The position numbers were made by a program, and so were the translations under genes. Positions 1 to 12,157 of a DNA stretch of 64,000 nucleotides are shown here, piece after piece. The number at the start of each line of letters is the position of its first letter. Positions within the stretch are counted from its first letter, which is position 1. The notes below the pieces were generated by a model, which was not told where the DNA came from, made no database searches, and saw only the letters and a program-made list of their open reading frames with translations. This stretch comes from an uncultured Gemmatimonadales bacterium (GTDB taxonomy: Bacteria; Gemmatimonadota; Gemmatimonadetes; Longimicrobiales; RSA9): the NCBI GenBank assembly GCA_963798845.1, contig CAWCUS010000005.1, forward strand, positions 1 to 64,000, given 5' to 3'.

Positions 1-3
1 ACC

Positions 4-48
4 GAGCCGCCCCACACACTCCGGTGTGTCGGGGCGGCTCTCTTTTTT
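4..48 (+). terminator. Rho-independent terminator of an upstream gene
   Basis: GAGCCGCCCC-ACACAC-tccg-GTGTGT-c-GGGGCGGCTC stem-loop followed by TCTTTTTT. Confidence 0.85.
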
Positions 49-128
49 CCACCCCCGACCTCTGACCGACCGGAAGCCGGCATGCTCGAGGGGAGGCGGG
101 GTGAGGGGGAACGGCCTAGATTCAGAAC

Positions 129-1062
129 ATGGCCAAGGAGCATGGAGAGGCGGGAACCGGAAACGAGACGCGGGCTGGACTCGTGGCGCTGGTGGGGCGG
201 CCGAACGTCGGGAAGTCGACGCTCCTGAACGCGCTGCTCGGGGAGAAGCTGAGCATCGTCACGGCGCGTGAGCAGACCACGCGGGAGCGGGTTCTGGGGA
301 TCCTGACGGAGGGGACCGTACAGATGGTGTTCGTGGACACGCCGGGGTTGCTGGAGCCGCGCTACCTTCTCCAGCATTCGATGCTGGCGGAAGCGCTGAT
401 CGCGATGTCGGACGCGGACGTGGTTCTGCTGCTGCTGGACCCGACGCGGCCGGACACCCCGGTACCGGAGGGGAAGGCGCTCGACCGGCTGCGGGCGCGT
501 CGCGCGGTGCTGGAAGTGGCGATCAACAAGATCGACGCGGCGAACGAGGCCGCGTTGCTGCGGCTATCGGAGTGGAGCCGTGAAGCGCTGGGGAAGGAGG
601 CGCGGCGGGTGTCGGCGCGGACCGGTGAGGGGCTGGCGGCGCTCCAGGACGCGCTGGAGCGGGGGCTCCCGGCTTCGCCGTTCCTCTATCCGGCGGAAGA
701 TCTTGCGGCGCAGTCGGTCCGGTTCTTCGTCGCGGAGCTGATCCGGGAGACCATCTTCGAGGAGTACGAGCAGGAAATCCCGTACTCGAGCGTTGTACGG
801 ATAGAGGAGTACCGGGAGTCCGGAGATGCCCGTGTACATACGCGCCCAGATCTTCGTCGAGCGGCCGAGTCAGAAGGGGATCGTGATCGGCAAGTCCGGC
901 GCGGCGATCAAGCGGCTGGGCGTGCGGGCGCGTGAAAAGATCGAGGCGTTCGTCGGCGGGCAGGTGTACCTCGACCTCTGGGTGAAGCCGCTGCCGGGGT
1001 GGCGGAAGAAGGCGACGGCGCTGCGGCGGTTGGGATACAACGTTCCGGAGGAGGGTGCATGA
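129..1062 (+). CDS. era: GTPase Era, split by a +1 frameshift near 815-828 (probable sequencing error)
   Basis: G1 GRPNVGKS, G3 DTPG and G4 NKID in ORF 129..935; KH-domain tail (YIRAQIFVERPSQKGIVIGKSG...LDLWVK) continues in ORF 826..1062. Confidence 0.93.
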
Positions 1063-1241
1063 TGCTGGATCGAGAACTGCTGGAGATCCTCGTCTGTCCC
1101 AGGTGCAAGGGGGAGCTCGAGCACCGCACGGAGCCGGAGGCCCTGATCTGCCGCGCATGCCGCCTTCGCTACGATGTGCGGGACGGAATCCCCATCATGC
1201 TGATCGACGAGGCGGTCCCGCTGGAGCAGGAAGAGGATTGA
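1059..1241 (+). CDS. Trm112/YcaR-like protein (UPF0434)
   Basis: LLEILVCPRCKGEL...LICRAC...YDVRDGIPIMLIDEA; ATGA overlap with the era stop. Confidence 0.9.
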   Translation: MMLDRELLEILVCPRCKGELEHRTEPEALICRACRLRYDVRDGIPIMLIDEAVPLEQEED

Positions 1242-1242
1242 A

Positions 1243-2298
1243 GTGAGATTTCGTGGGGAAGCGCTCCGGCGTGCCCGTCCGCAGGGGCGTGGTGCGGCCC
1301 GCTGCCGGGCGGGCGGCGCGCTGGTGGCGGCGCTGGTCGCGCTCCAGCTGGTCGTGCTGGCCGCGGCCCCCGTGCTCGCCCAGGAGACCGGCGAGCCGGA
1401 GGCGACGACGGACTGCTGTCCGCTGCTCCTGCTTCCGGTGGGTGCCCGCGCCACGTCCATGGGGGGCGCGACCGTGGCGCTGGTCGGTGTCGACGCGGTG
1501 TTCGCGAACCCGGCGGGGCTGGCGCCCACGCAGCGCACCACGTTCGTGATCCACCACTGGGACGACCAGAGCGTGGGTCCGCAGATGGACGCCTTCAGCC
1601 TCCTGGTGCCGGCGCTGTCGAGCGTGTTCGGGCTGTCCTACGAGCTGTTCGACAATGGCAGCATCGTGACGACGGATGCGACCGGGCAGCCGACAGGGGA
1701 GCTGACGCTCCGGGACCATCTCCTGCTGGCCTCGTTCGGCACGAGCCTCGGAGGCGGGCTTTCGGCCGGCGTCAGCTATCGACTCTTCCAGCAGCGCATC
1801 GATTGCCGGGGGGCCTGCGGCAGCGAGGAAAACGTGGCCACCACCCACGGCGCGGATTTCGGGGTGCTCTACGCTCCCGCGTGGAACCCGGCGCTGACCC
1901 TCGGGGTCTCGCTGCTGAACGTCGGCTTCGGGCTGCAGGTGGAGAACGCAGCCCAGGCGGACCCGCTCCCGACGCGGCTGCACGTGGGCGTGGCCTACGA
2001 CCTCCTGGCGAACACGCCCACCGACAGCGTGGTGGCGCTGCGCGTATCGGGGGCGATCACGGACGAGCCTCGACGCCCGGGCCACTACACGCCCTCCGTC
2101 GGGCTCGAGCTGGGTATGCAGGGCCTCATCTTCCTGCGGGCGGGCTACACGCCCGGCGAAGGGCTGGCGACGGGCGCCGCCGTGGGGATCGAGCTCCACT
2201 ATGACCGCTTCGACATCGCGGTCTCTCGCTCGTTCGTGAACTCCGGCCTGGCCGCCGACACGGAGCCCTTTCAGGTGTCGTTCGCCATTGCGTTCTGA
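1243..2298 (+). CDS. PorV/PorQ-family outer-membrane beta-barrel protein
   Basis: Signal-peptide-like segment; LLLPVGARATSMGGA...VFANPAGLA motif; C-terminal VSFAIAF beta-signal. Confidence 0.7.
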   Translation: MRFRGEALRRARPQGRGAARCRAGGALVAALVALQLVVLAAAPVLAQETGEPEATTDCCPLLLLPVGARATSMGGATVALVGVDAVFANPAGLAPTQRTTFVIHHWDDQSVGPQMDAFSLLVPALSSVFGLSYELFDNGSIVTTDATGQPTGELTLRDHLLLASFGTSLGGGLSAGVSYRLFQQRIDCRGACGSEENVATTHGADFGVLYAPAWNPALTLGVSLLNVGFGLQVENAAQADPLPTRLHVGVAYDLLANTPTDSVVALRVSGAITDEPRRPGHYTPSVGLELGMQGLIFLRAGYTPGEGLATGAAVGIELHYDRFDIAVSRSFVNSGLAADTEPFQVSFAIAF

Positions 2299-3226
2299 TG
2301 CCCGCGTGAGGCGCCGCCGGAGCGCGCCTCGAGACCATGGTATCGGGCGCCGGTCGGCGGTTCTCCTGCTGGCGCTTGCGGCCCTGTGCGCGACCCCTGC
2401 CGCAGGGCAGGAGCCGACCGGAGGCGGGCGCGGCCTGAAGTCGCCGGGACCCTCCCTGTTCGGCCCGATCCGGGCGACGACGGCGCGGTCCGCGATCGAG
2501 CCGGCCGAGATCCTCCGCGGGCTGCGCTCGCCGCCGGGGGCGTTCGTCACCTCTCTGGTCCTTCCGGGAGCCGGACAGGCCGTGCTGGGGCTGCGTCGCT
2601 GGATCGTGTTCGGGGTCGCCGAGGCGGTGCTCTGGGGCGTTCGCGTGGATGCCGTTCGAGACGAGGCGCGGTTTTCGCGAGGGTATCGGGACCTGGCGTG
2701 GGACGTCGCCCGGAACCCGGGCGGGGCGGCGAGGGAGGACGGGTCGTGGGGCTACTACGAGGCGATGAGCCATTATCTCGAAAGTGGCCGCTTCGACGCC
2801 GACGGCGCGGCTCCCGACGTACAGCCGGAGCCAGATGAGGCGACGTACAACGGCCAGCTCTGGGCGCTCGCGGTCTCGCTCTTCGCGCCAGGCGGTGTTC
2901 CGGATCCCGGCTCGGCCGGGTACGAGCGTGCGCTGGAGTACTACGAAGCGAACGCCATCGGTCCCGCGTTCCTGTGGAGCTGGTCGGGCCACGAGAGCGA
3001 GCTGGGCCGTTTCCGCGGACTGATCGATGACGCGGACGGCCGGGCCAGACGAGCGCGGCTCGCCGCGGGGCTGATCCTTGCGAATCACCTGACTTCTGCG
3101 GTGGACGCGCTGATCGCAGCTCGCCTGCACGCGCCAGGCGTCGATATTGAGAATCGAATCGAGCCGGACCCCGCGGGCGTTCGCTGGCGGGTCGGCCTCA
3201 GAGTCCCACTACCCCGGATCCCATGA
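2288..3226 (+). CDS. Hypothetical exported/membrane protein (start uncertain)
   Basis: Fills the gap between the PorV-like gene and rnr with overlaps; signal-like segment and SLVLPGAGQ motif followed by a hydrophobic stretch. Confidence 0.6.
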   Translation: MRSDARVRRRRSAPRDHGIGRRSAVLLLALAALCATPAAGQEPTGGGRGLKSPGPSLFGPIRATTARSAIEPAEILRGLRSPPGAFVTSLVLPGAGQAVLGLRRWIVFGVAEAVLWGVRVDAVRDEARFSRGYRDLAWDVARNPGGAAREDGSWGYYEAMSHYLESGRFDADGAAPDVQPEPDEATYNGQLWALAVSLFAPGGVPDPGSAGYERALEYYEANAIGPAFLWSWSGHESELGRFRGLIDDADGRARRARLAAGLILANHLTSAVDALIAARLHAPGVDIENRIEPDPAGVRWRVGLRVPLPRIP

Positions 3227-5340
3227 ACACGACGACCGAAGCGGTCATCGAGCACCTGCAGAACGAAGCGAGCCGGCCACTGAAGGCGAAGGAGCTTGGG
3301 CGTGCCCTGGAGGTGACCCAGGCGGACTACCCGGAATTCCGGACGTTCCTCAACCGCCTGGTGGACGAGGGGGTGCTCTACCGGGTGAAGGGGCAGCGCT
3401 TCGCCCTTCCGCGCCGGATCAACCTGGCCGTGGGGCCGCTGCAGACCATCCGCAGCGGAGCGGGCTTCGTCACCCGGGAAGATGGCGAGGGCCCCGACGT
3501 CTACGTGCCCGCGAACGCCCTCGGGTCCGCGCTGGATGGCGACAAGGTGGTGGCCCGGGTCGAGAAGAGCCCGCGGGGCGGCCGCCCGGAAGGCCGGGTG
3601 ATCAAGGTCCTGGAGCGGGGGCGCGAGACGATCGTCGGCCTGTACCACCCGGCGCGCAGCTTCGGCTTCGTGGTCCCGGAAGACCAGCGGCTGACGCGGG
3701 ACGTGTTCGTGCCGCCGGGGCAGGACGGTGGTGCGGACGACGGGGATGTGGTCGTCGTCCGGATCGAGAGCTGGGGGGACTCGCACCGGGGGCCGGCGGG
3801 CTCGGTCGAGCGGGTGCTGGGCCGCCCCGGAGAGCCGGGCGTGGACGTGCTGACCGTGGCGTACGGCCATGAGCTGCCGCTGGACTTTCCGCCCGAAGTC
3901 GAAGCGGAGGCGGCATTGCTGCGCGAGCGGGGGATCCAGGACGAGGATCTGGAGGGGCGGCTGGACCTCCGGGGTCGGCTGGTCTTCACCATCGACCCCG
4001 CCGACGCGAAGGACCACAATGACGCGCTCTCCATCCGGAGACGGGAGGACGGGCTGTGGGAGGTCGGCGTGCACATTGCCGACGTGTCCCACTACGTCCG
4101 CGAAGGCGGCGTGATCGACCTGGAAGCATTCCGCCGCGGCACCAGCGTCTACCTGGTCGACCGCGTGATCCCGATGCTGCCGGAAGCGCTTTCGGGCGAC
4201 CTCTGCTCGCTGCGCCCCCATGAGGACCGCCTCACGGTGTCGCTCCTGGTGCGCCTCGACGACGACGCCGAAGTGCGCGGGCACGAGCTCGCGCGCACGG
4301 TGATCCGGAGCGCCCACCGCCTCTCCTACGACGATGCCCAGGCGGTGCTCAATGGGAAGGGCGACGTGAGCGACGAGACCGCGGATGCGCTCAGGTCCCT
4401 GGTGGTGCTCAGCCGGAAGCTGAGGGCCAAGCGGGAGGCGCGCGGCAGCATCGACTTCGACCTCCCCGAAGCACGGGTCGTCCTCAACGCCGCCGGCGAG
4501 CCCACGGACATCCAGCGCGTCCTGCGCCTGGAGACCCATCGTCTGATCGAGGACTTCATGATCCTCGCCAACGAGGCGGTGGACAGGGAAGCGGCGAAGC
4601 GGAAGCTGCCGTTCCTCCACCGCGTGCACGAGCCGCCGGACGCCGAACGGATGGAGCAGCTCCGCGATTTCCTCGCCGGGCTGGGGGTCCGCATTCCCGA
4701 CCAGCCGACGCCGAAGGACCTCCAGGGCGCCATCTCCCGCTTCGACGGTCGCCCGGAAGAGAACCTGGTCTCGACTGTGGTGCTGCGCTCGATGAAGCGT
4801 GCACGGTACAGCGAGAAGGCGCTGGGCCACTTCGGCCTGGCCACGGCGCACTACACGCACTTCACTTCACCGATCCGGCGCTACTCGGACGTGGTCGTCC
4901 ACCGGCTGTCGGTGGCCTCGCTCATCGGAGGGCAGCGAGTGTCGGAAGAGATGCGAACGCAGATACTCCCGGCGGTCGCGCGCCAGACGAGCCAGCGTGA
5001 ACGGGTGGCGGTGGACGCAGAGCGGGACAGCGTCGACCTGAAGAAGGTGGAGTTCATGGAGCAGCACCTGGGCGACACGTTCACCGGCACCGTGAGCGGC
5101 GTGACGTCCTTCGGGCTGTTCGTTCTTCTGGACCGCTTCTTCGTCGACGGGCTGATCCACGTCAGCTCGCTTCAGGACGACTACTACGTGTTCCAGGAGG
5201 ATCGGTTCGCGCTCGTCGGCGAGCACACGGGCCGACGCTTCCGGCTGGGCGATCGCCTGACCGTCCAGGTGGCGGCGGTGAACCGGGAGGAGCGGAAAAT
5301 CGACTTCCAGCTGATCGAGACGCCCGACCGGCCGGGGTGA
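3223..5340 (+). CDS. rnr: Ribonuclease R
   Basis: N-terminal HTH and cold-shock domains; RNB motifs FTIDPADAKDHNDALS and YTHFTSPIRRYSD; C-terminal S1 domain. Confidence 0.95.
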   Translation: MNTTTEAVIEHLQNEASRPLKAKELGRALEVTQADYPEFRTFLNRLVDEGVLYRVKGQRFALPRRINLAVGPLQTIRSGAGFVTREDGEGPDVYVPANALGSALDGDKVVARVEKSPRGGRPEGRVIKVLERGRETIVGLYHPARSFGFVVPEDQRLTRDVFVPPGQDGGADDGDVVVVRIESWGDSHRGPAGSVERVLGRPGEPGVDVLTVAYGHELPLDFPPEVEAEAALLRERGIQDEDLEGRLDLRGRLVFTIDPADAKDHNDALSIRRREDGLWEVGVHIADVSHYVREGGVIDLEAFRRGTSVYLVDRVIPMLPEALSGDLCSLRPHEDRLTVSLLVRLDDDAEVRGHELARTVIRSAHRLSYDDAQAVLNGKGDVSDETADALRSLVVLSRKLRAKREARGSIDFDLPEARVVLNAAGEPTDIQRVLRLETHRLIEDFMILANEAVDREAAKRKLPFLHRVHEPPDAERMEQLRDFLAGLGVRIPDQPTPKDLQGAISRFDGRPEENLVSTVVLRSMKRARYSEKALGHFGLATAHYTHFTSPIRRYSDVVVHRLSVASLIGGQRVSEEMRTQILPAVARQTSQRERVAVDAERDSVDLKKVEFMEQHLGDTFTGTVSGVTSFGLFVLLDRFFVDGLIHVSSLQDDYYVFQEDRFALVGEHTGRRFRLGDRLTVQVAAVNREERKIDFQLIETPDRPG

Positions 5341-5351
5341 CATCGGCGCCT

Positions 5352-5381
5352 TTGACACGCGCGTGGACGCGAGGGTACCTT
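5352..5381 (+). promoter_or_regulatory. Putative sigma70 promoter for the GGDEF/Zn-finger genes
   Basis: TTGACA-18 nt-TACCTT in the intergenic gap. Confidence 0.6.
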
Positions 5382-5425
5382 CCCATCCCGGTCCTCTCCC
5401 ATTGGCCATCCCTACACGTACGGCG

Positions 5426-6430
5426 ATGCATTTCAAGCCGGTGGTGGCGTTCTACTCGCCAGAGCAGCGGAACCCGCCTGCGCTGGTGAGAGCTTTCGTG
5501 GAGCGGAACGGGTTGAGCCTGGTCGAGATGGAGGATTGCGATTCCATCATCGAGCTGGTGAACCGGAGCTTCCCGGCGTGCATCGTCATGGGGAGCCCGA
5601 TCAGCGACGAGGGGATCGCGACCTGCCGCGCCCTCAAGGGCGAGCCCTTCAGCGCCGTCATCCCGGTCATCTTCATCGACGAGAGCGAGCGAGAGCACGG
5701 GCTGCGGGCCATGGAAGCGGGAGCGGACGAGCTGCTCACGCCCGACATGTCGCCGGAGGAGCGCTCGATCCGCCTCCAGGTCATGCTCAATCGCGCCGAT
5801 CGCAATGTGAGCGTCCACCCATCCACGCGCCTCCCTGGCACAGCCCAGATTGAACGGGACATCACCGAGCGGATCCGGAGCGGGCAGAGGTTCGCCGTCT
5901 GTTACGCGGACCTGGACCACTTCAAGGAGTTCAACGACCACTACGGCTACAACCGCGGTGACAACGTGATCACGCTCCTTTCCCGTATCCTGCGCGACGT
6001 GGTGAAGGCGCACGCTCCCTCGGGGTTCATCGGCCACATCGGAGGGGATGACTTCATCTTCGACGTGCCGCTGGAGGCGATGGAGGGTGCGTGCCTCGAG
6101 ATCCTGGAGATCTTCGACACGCTGATCCCGTTCCAGTACACCGAGGAAGACCGGCGGCGGGGCGGGATCCTGGCGCGGGACCGGCGCGGGGAGATGCACG
6201 AGATCCCGCTCATGACGCTCTCCATCGGCGTCGTGACGAACCAGGCGCGCAGCTTCACCCACCCCGCGCGGGTCAGCGAGCTGGCAACGGAGATGAAGTC
6301 GTACGCCAAGACGCTTCCGGGCTCCGTTCACGCCGTGGACCGCCGTTCCGACCGGCGCGCGCAGCCCGGGACGCACCCGGGCGGCGAAGGCGTCGTCTCC
6401 GACGGTCCGGCTCCCGGCCGGCAGCCGTGA
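5426..6430 (+). CDS. Receiver-like plus GGDEF-family diguanylate cyclase
   Basis: DLDHFKEFNDHYGYNRGD and GHIGGDDF motifs; N-terminal receiver-like fold (IPVIFI...AMEAGADELL). Confidence 0.85.
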   Translation: MHFKPVVAFYSPEQRNPPALVRAFVERNGLSLVEMEDCDSIIELVNRSFPACIVMGSPISDEGIATCRALKGEPFSAVIPVIFIDESEREHGLRAMEAGADELLTPDMSPEERSIRLQVMLNRADRNVSVHPSTRLPGTAQIERDITERIRSGQRFAVCYADLDHFKEFNDHYGYNRGDNVITLLSRILRDVVKAHAPSGFIGHIGGDDFIFDVPLEAMEGACLEILEIFDTLIPFQYTEEDRRRGGILARDRRGEMHEIPLMTLSIGVVTNQARSFTHPARVSELATEMKSYAKTLPGSVHAVDRRSDRRAQPGTHPGGEGVVSDGPAPGRQP

Positions 6431-6873
6431 ACGTCGCCTGCCCCCAGTGCAGCGTGGTCTATCGTCTGGACCCGGGCCGGGTTCCCCCGGCGGGTGCGGC
6501 CACGCGCTGCCGGTCGTGCGGCGCGCGCTTTCGCGTGCCCGCTGCTCACGGCCAGACGGCAGGCGACGTCGCAGCCGGGGAGGCGATCCCGGTGAGCCCG
6601 GCGCCCGTCACGAAACCGGCGTTCGGGCCACAGGATCCCGAGACCCGCGCCCGCCGCCTGGCGCGCGCGCTCGTTTCCGACATGAAGGTGTATCATCCGG
6701 ACCGGTGGGCGGAGAGCCTGCGCAACGGAACGCTGCGGCAGGATTTCCGCGACGACATCCTGAAGAGCTGGGACGAGTACGTCGAGCAGGTCGGCAATGA
6801 CATGGCGAGGAGGACCCCGTACTTCCGGGACGCCCTCAACGAGATCCTGGCTCAGGGACAGCGGCTTTTCTGA
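6427..6873 (+). CDS. MJ0042-type zinc-ribbon protein with a helical C-terminal domain
   Basis: CPQC-x19-CRSC (VACPQCSVVYRLDPGRVPPAGAATRCRSCGARF); GTGA overlap with the GGDEF gene. Confidence 0.8.
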   Translation: MNVACPQCSVVYRLDPGRVPPAGAATRCRSCGARFRVPAAHGQTAGDVAAGEAIPVSPAPVTKPAFGPQDPETRARRLARALVSDMKVYHPDRWAESLRNGTLRQDFRDDILKSWDEYVEQVGNDMARRTPYFRDALNEILAQGQRLF

Positions 6874-6887
6874 GCGGGGCCTCCGGT

Positions 6888-6916
6888 TTGCCGCCTGCAG
6901 GGGGGGCGGTTATGTT
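6888..6916 (+). promoter_or_regulatory. Putative sigma70 promoter for the prfB-lysS operon
   Basis: TTGCCG-17 nt-TATGTT upstream of the AGGAGAGG RBS. Confidence 0.5.
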
Positions 6917-6982
6917 CGGGCGCTGTCGGCGGACAATGGGGCCGTCCCGTTCCGGGCGGCCCCTCGCATTAGGAGAGGTAGT

Positions 6983-8089
6983 ATGGCAGAGGGGCTGGAA
7001 CGGCTGGCATCTCAGCGAGAGCGGGTGGATTCGCTCGGAGGCTATCTTTGACGTAGCCGCCAAGCGGAGCCGTCTGGAGGAGCTGCAGGCGCAGATGGTG
7101 GAGCAGGGGTTCTGGGACGACCCGGATCGTGCCCGGAAGGTCAGCATCGAGGTGAACGAGCTGAAGGGGTGGATCGAGCCGTGGGAGAAGGCCCGATCGA
7201 AGGCTTCGGATCTGGTGGAGCTGGCGGAGCTGCTCGAGGCGGACCCGGACGGCGATCCGGAGCTGAGGGAGGAGCTGGAGCGCGAGGCCGAGGCGCTGGA
7301 GCGCGACATCGAGCGGCTCGAGCTGAAGAACATGCTGCGCGGCCAGGACGACCACCGCGACGCGCTCGTGACCATCCACCCCGGTGCAGGCGGCACGGAG
7401 TCGCAGGACTGGGCCGAGATGCTCATGCGGATGTACAGCCGCTGGGGCGAGGCCCACGGCCGCGAGGTCGAGGTGCTCAATCTGATGCCCGGAGAAGAGG
7501 CCGGGATCAAGAACGTGACGCTGGAGATCCGGGGCGCCTACGCCTACGGGTACCTGAAGGCGGAGAAAGGCGTGCATCGCCTGGTGAGGATCTCTCCGTT
7601 CGACGCACAGGGCCGCCGCCACACGTCGTTCGCCAGCGTGTTCGTGTATCCGGTGGTCGATGACGAGATCGCCATCGATGTCCAGGACAAGGACCTGCGC
7701 GTGGACACGTTCCGGGCGTCCGGCGCAGGCGGGCAGCACGTGAACAAGACCAGCTCCGCGGTGCGGATCACGCACATGCCCACCGGAATCGTGGTGGCGT
7801 GCCAGCAGGAGCGCAGCCAGTTCCAGAACAAGGCGACCGCCATGAGGATGCTCAGGGCCGCGCTCTACGAGCGGGAGCTGGAGCAGCGCGAGTCAGAGCG
7901 CCAGAAAGTGGAGTCGGAGAAGACCGAGATCGCGTGGGGGAACCAGATCCGGTCGTACGTGTTCCAGCCGTACACTCAGGTGACCGATCACCGGACGGAG
8001 CTGAAGGTGGGCGACGTGCAGCGGGTGATGGACGGCGACCTCGACCCGCTGATCGAGGCGTATCTCAAGGAGTTCGGCGCGAAGGTGGC

Positions 8090-8093
<4 letters not shown>
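6983..8093 (+). CDS. prfB: Peptide chain release factor 2 (programmed +1 frameshift)
   Basis: MAEGLERL...SLGGYL-stop, then +1 frame with SPF and GGQ motifs; RBS AGGAGAGG at 6971. Confidence 0.97.
7037..7052 (+). promoter_or_regulatory. prfB autoregulatory frameshift site
   Basis: Internal SD GGAGG followed by CTAT CTT TGA C. Confidence 0.95.
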
Positions 8094-9633
<1,540 letters not shown>

Positions 9634-9637
<4 letters not shown>

Positions 9638-10882
9638 GACACCTGGACTGGTTCATCGCACGTCGTTACCTCGCGTCGCGGCGGAAAGGTCGGTTCGTCT
9701 CGCTCATCACCCTGATCGCGGTGGGCGGCGTGTTCGTCGGCGTGGCCGCCCTCATCATCGTGATCGCGGTCATGACCGGGCTGCAGCGGGACCTGCAGGC
9801 CAAGATCATCGGGCTCAACCCGCACATCTACGTCTTCGAGCAGTCGGGACGACACGGGTTCCGGATGGCCGACTGGCCGGCCGCGGCGGACTCGGCGAGC
9901 GCGACGCCCGGCGTGGTCGCGGCGGAGCCGTTCGTCATGACGCAGGTCGGGCTGCTCGTCCCCGGCACCGACTACGCGCAGCCCGGAATGCTGTATGGCA
10001 TCAGCTCCCGGGCCGACCACCCGCCGCTGACGCAGATCGAGGCGGACATCCGGTCGGGGAAGCTGGAGATGGGGACCACCGCGTCGGGGTATCCACCGCT
10101 CCTGGTCGGTCATCGCCTGGCGGAGAAGATGAGCCTCTTCCCGGGCGACACGGTGCTGATCGCGTCGTTCGAGAACATCAAGACCCCGGCTTCCACCGGT
10201 CAGCCGTTCCCGGCGATCCGGAAGTTCGAGGTGACGGACCGGTTCAGCACGGGCATGTACGAGTACGACTCCAGCTACCTGTACACGACCCTCTCCGCCG
10301 CGCAGGAACTGCTGGACCTGGGAAGCGCGGTGAGCGGCGTGGGGGTGAAGGTGAGCGAGCCGTGGCGGGCGGAGGAGATCGGGCTGCGGATCGAGCGCAA
10401 GCTGGGCTTCCCCTTCTACACGCAGGACTGGCTGCAGCTCAACTCCTCGCTCTTCTCGGCGCTGCAGCTGGAGAAGATGGCGATGGCGGTGATCCTCTTC
10501 CTGATCGTGGTGGTGGCGGCCTTCAACATCATCAGCACCCTGATCATGGTGGTCGCGGACAAGACGCGGGAGATCGGGATCCTGAAGTCCATGGGCATGA
10601 CCGACCGACGAGTGCTCCGGATCTTCATGCAGCAGGGCCTGGCGATCGGTGTGGTCGGCACGGTCCTCGGGACAGCGCTCGGTCTCTTCCTCGTCTGGTT
10701 GCTGGCCACCTACAAGTTCATCTCCCTGCCCGGCGACGTGTACTTCCTCGACACTCTCCCGGTGGCGTTGGACCCGCTCGACCTCGGGCTCATCATCGGC
10801 CTGAGCGTCCTCGTGGCGTTCGTCGCCACCATCTACCCGGCGCGCCAGGCCTCGCGGCTGCTCCCGGTGGAGGCGATCCGCC

Positions 10883-10890
<8 letters not shown>
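9634..10890 (+). CDS. Lipoprotein-releasing ABC transporter permease (LolC/E/F type)
   Basis: [61 protein letters not shown] start. Confidence 0.92.
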
Positions 10891-11647
<757 letters not shown>

Positions 11648-11650
11648 ATC

Positions 11651-12157
11651 ATGCTTTGCGACAATTGCGGTGAGAACGAGGCGGTGATTCATCTCACCCA
11701 GATCGTCGACAACAAGATGGGCACGTTCCACCTCTGTGAGGCGTGCGCTGCCGAGAAGGGGCTGGACCCCGAGCCGGGCGCGGGATCGAGCTTCCCGCTC
11801 ACGGATTTTCTGGCCCAGATGGGGCAGGAATCGCGGCCGCAGAAGGCGGCGCCCGTGACGTGCGACTACTGCGGCCTTTCGCTGCGGGACTTCAAGAAGA
11901 CCGGACGGCTCGGCTGCTCGCACTGCTACGTCACCTTCGAGGACCACCTGCGCGGGCTCTTCCGTCGCCTGCACGGGGGGACGCAGCACGTGGGCAAGGT
12001 ATACCTGCCGCCGGACCCCACGGACGCCCAGCGCAACGAGCAGATCTCGCGCCTGCGCCGGAAGCTGGACGCAGCCGTGAAGCGGGAGGAGTTCGAGCGT
12101 GCGGCGACGCTCCGGGACCAGATCCGGGAGATGGAAGGCGAGGGGGCGCGCTCATGA
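11651..12157 (+). CDS. mcsA: McsA, activator of protein-arginine kinase
   Basis: Four CxxC motifs (CDNC, CEAC, CDYC, CSHC), GRLGC motif and C-terminal UVR motif EEFERAATLRDQIR. Confidence 0.9.
   Translation: MLCDNCGENEAVIHLTQIVDNKMGTFHLCEACAAEKGLDPEPGAGSSFPLTDFLAQMGQESRPQKAAPVTCDYCGLSLRDFKKTGRLGCSHCYVTFEDHLRGLFRRLHGGTQHVGKVYLPPDPTDAQRNEQISRLRRKLDAAVKREEFERAATLRDQIREMEGEGARS

Noticed and set aside
5900..5965. Possible Hypr-type (cGAMP-making) GGDEF enzyme
   Set aside because: The guanine-specifying Asp in ND...GD is retained (NDHYGYNRGD) rather than replaced by Ser
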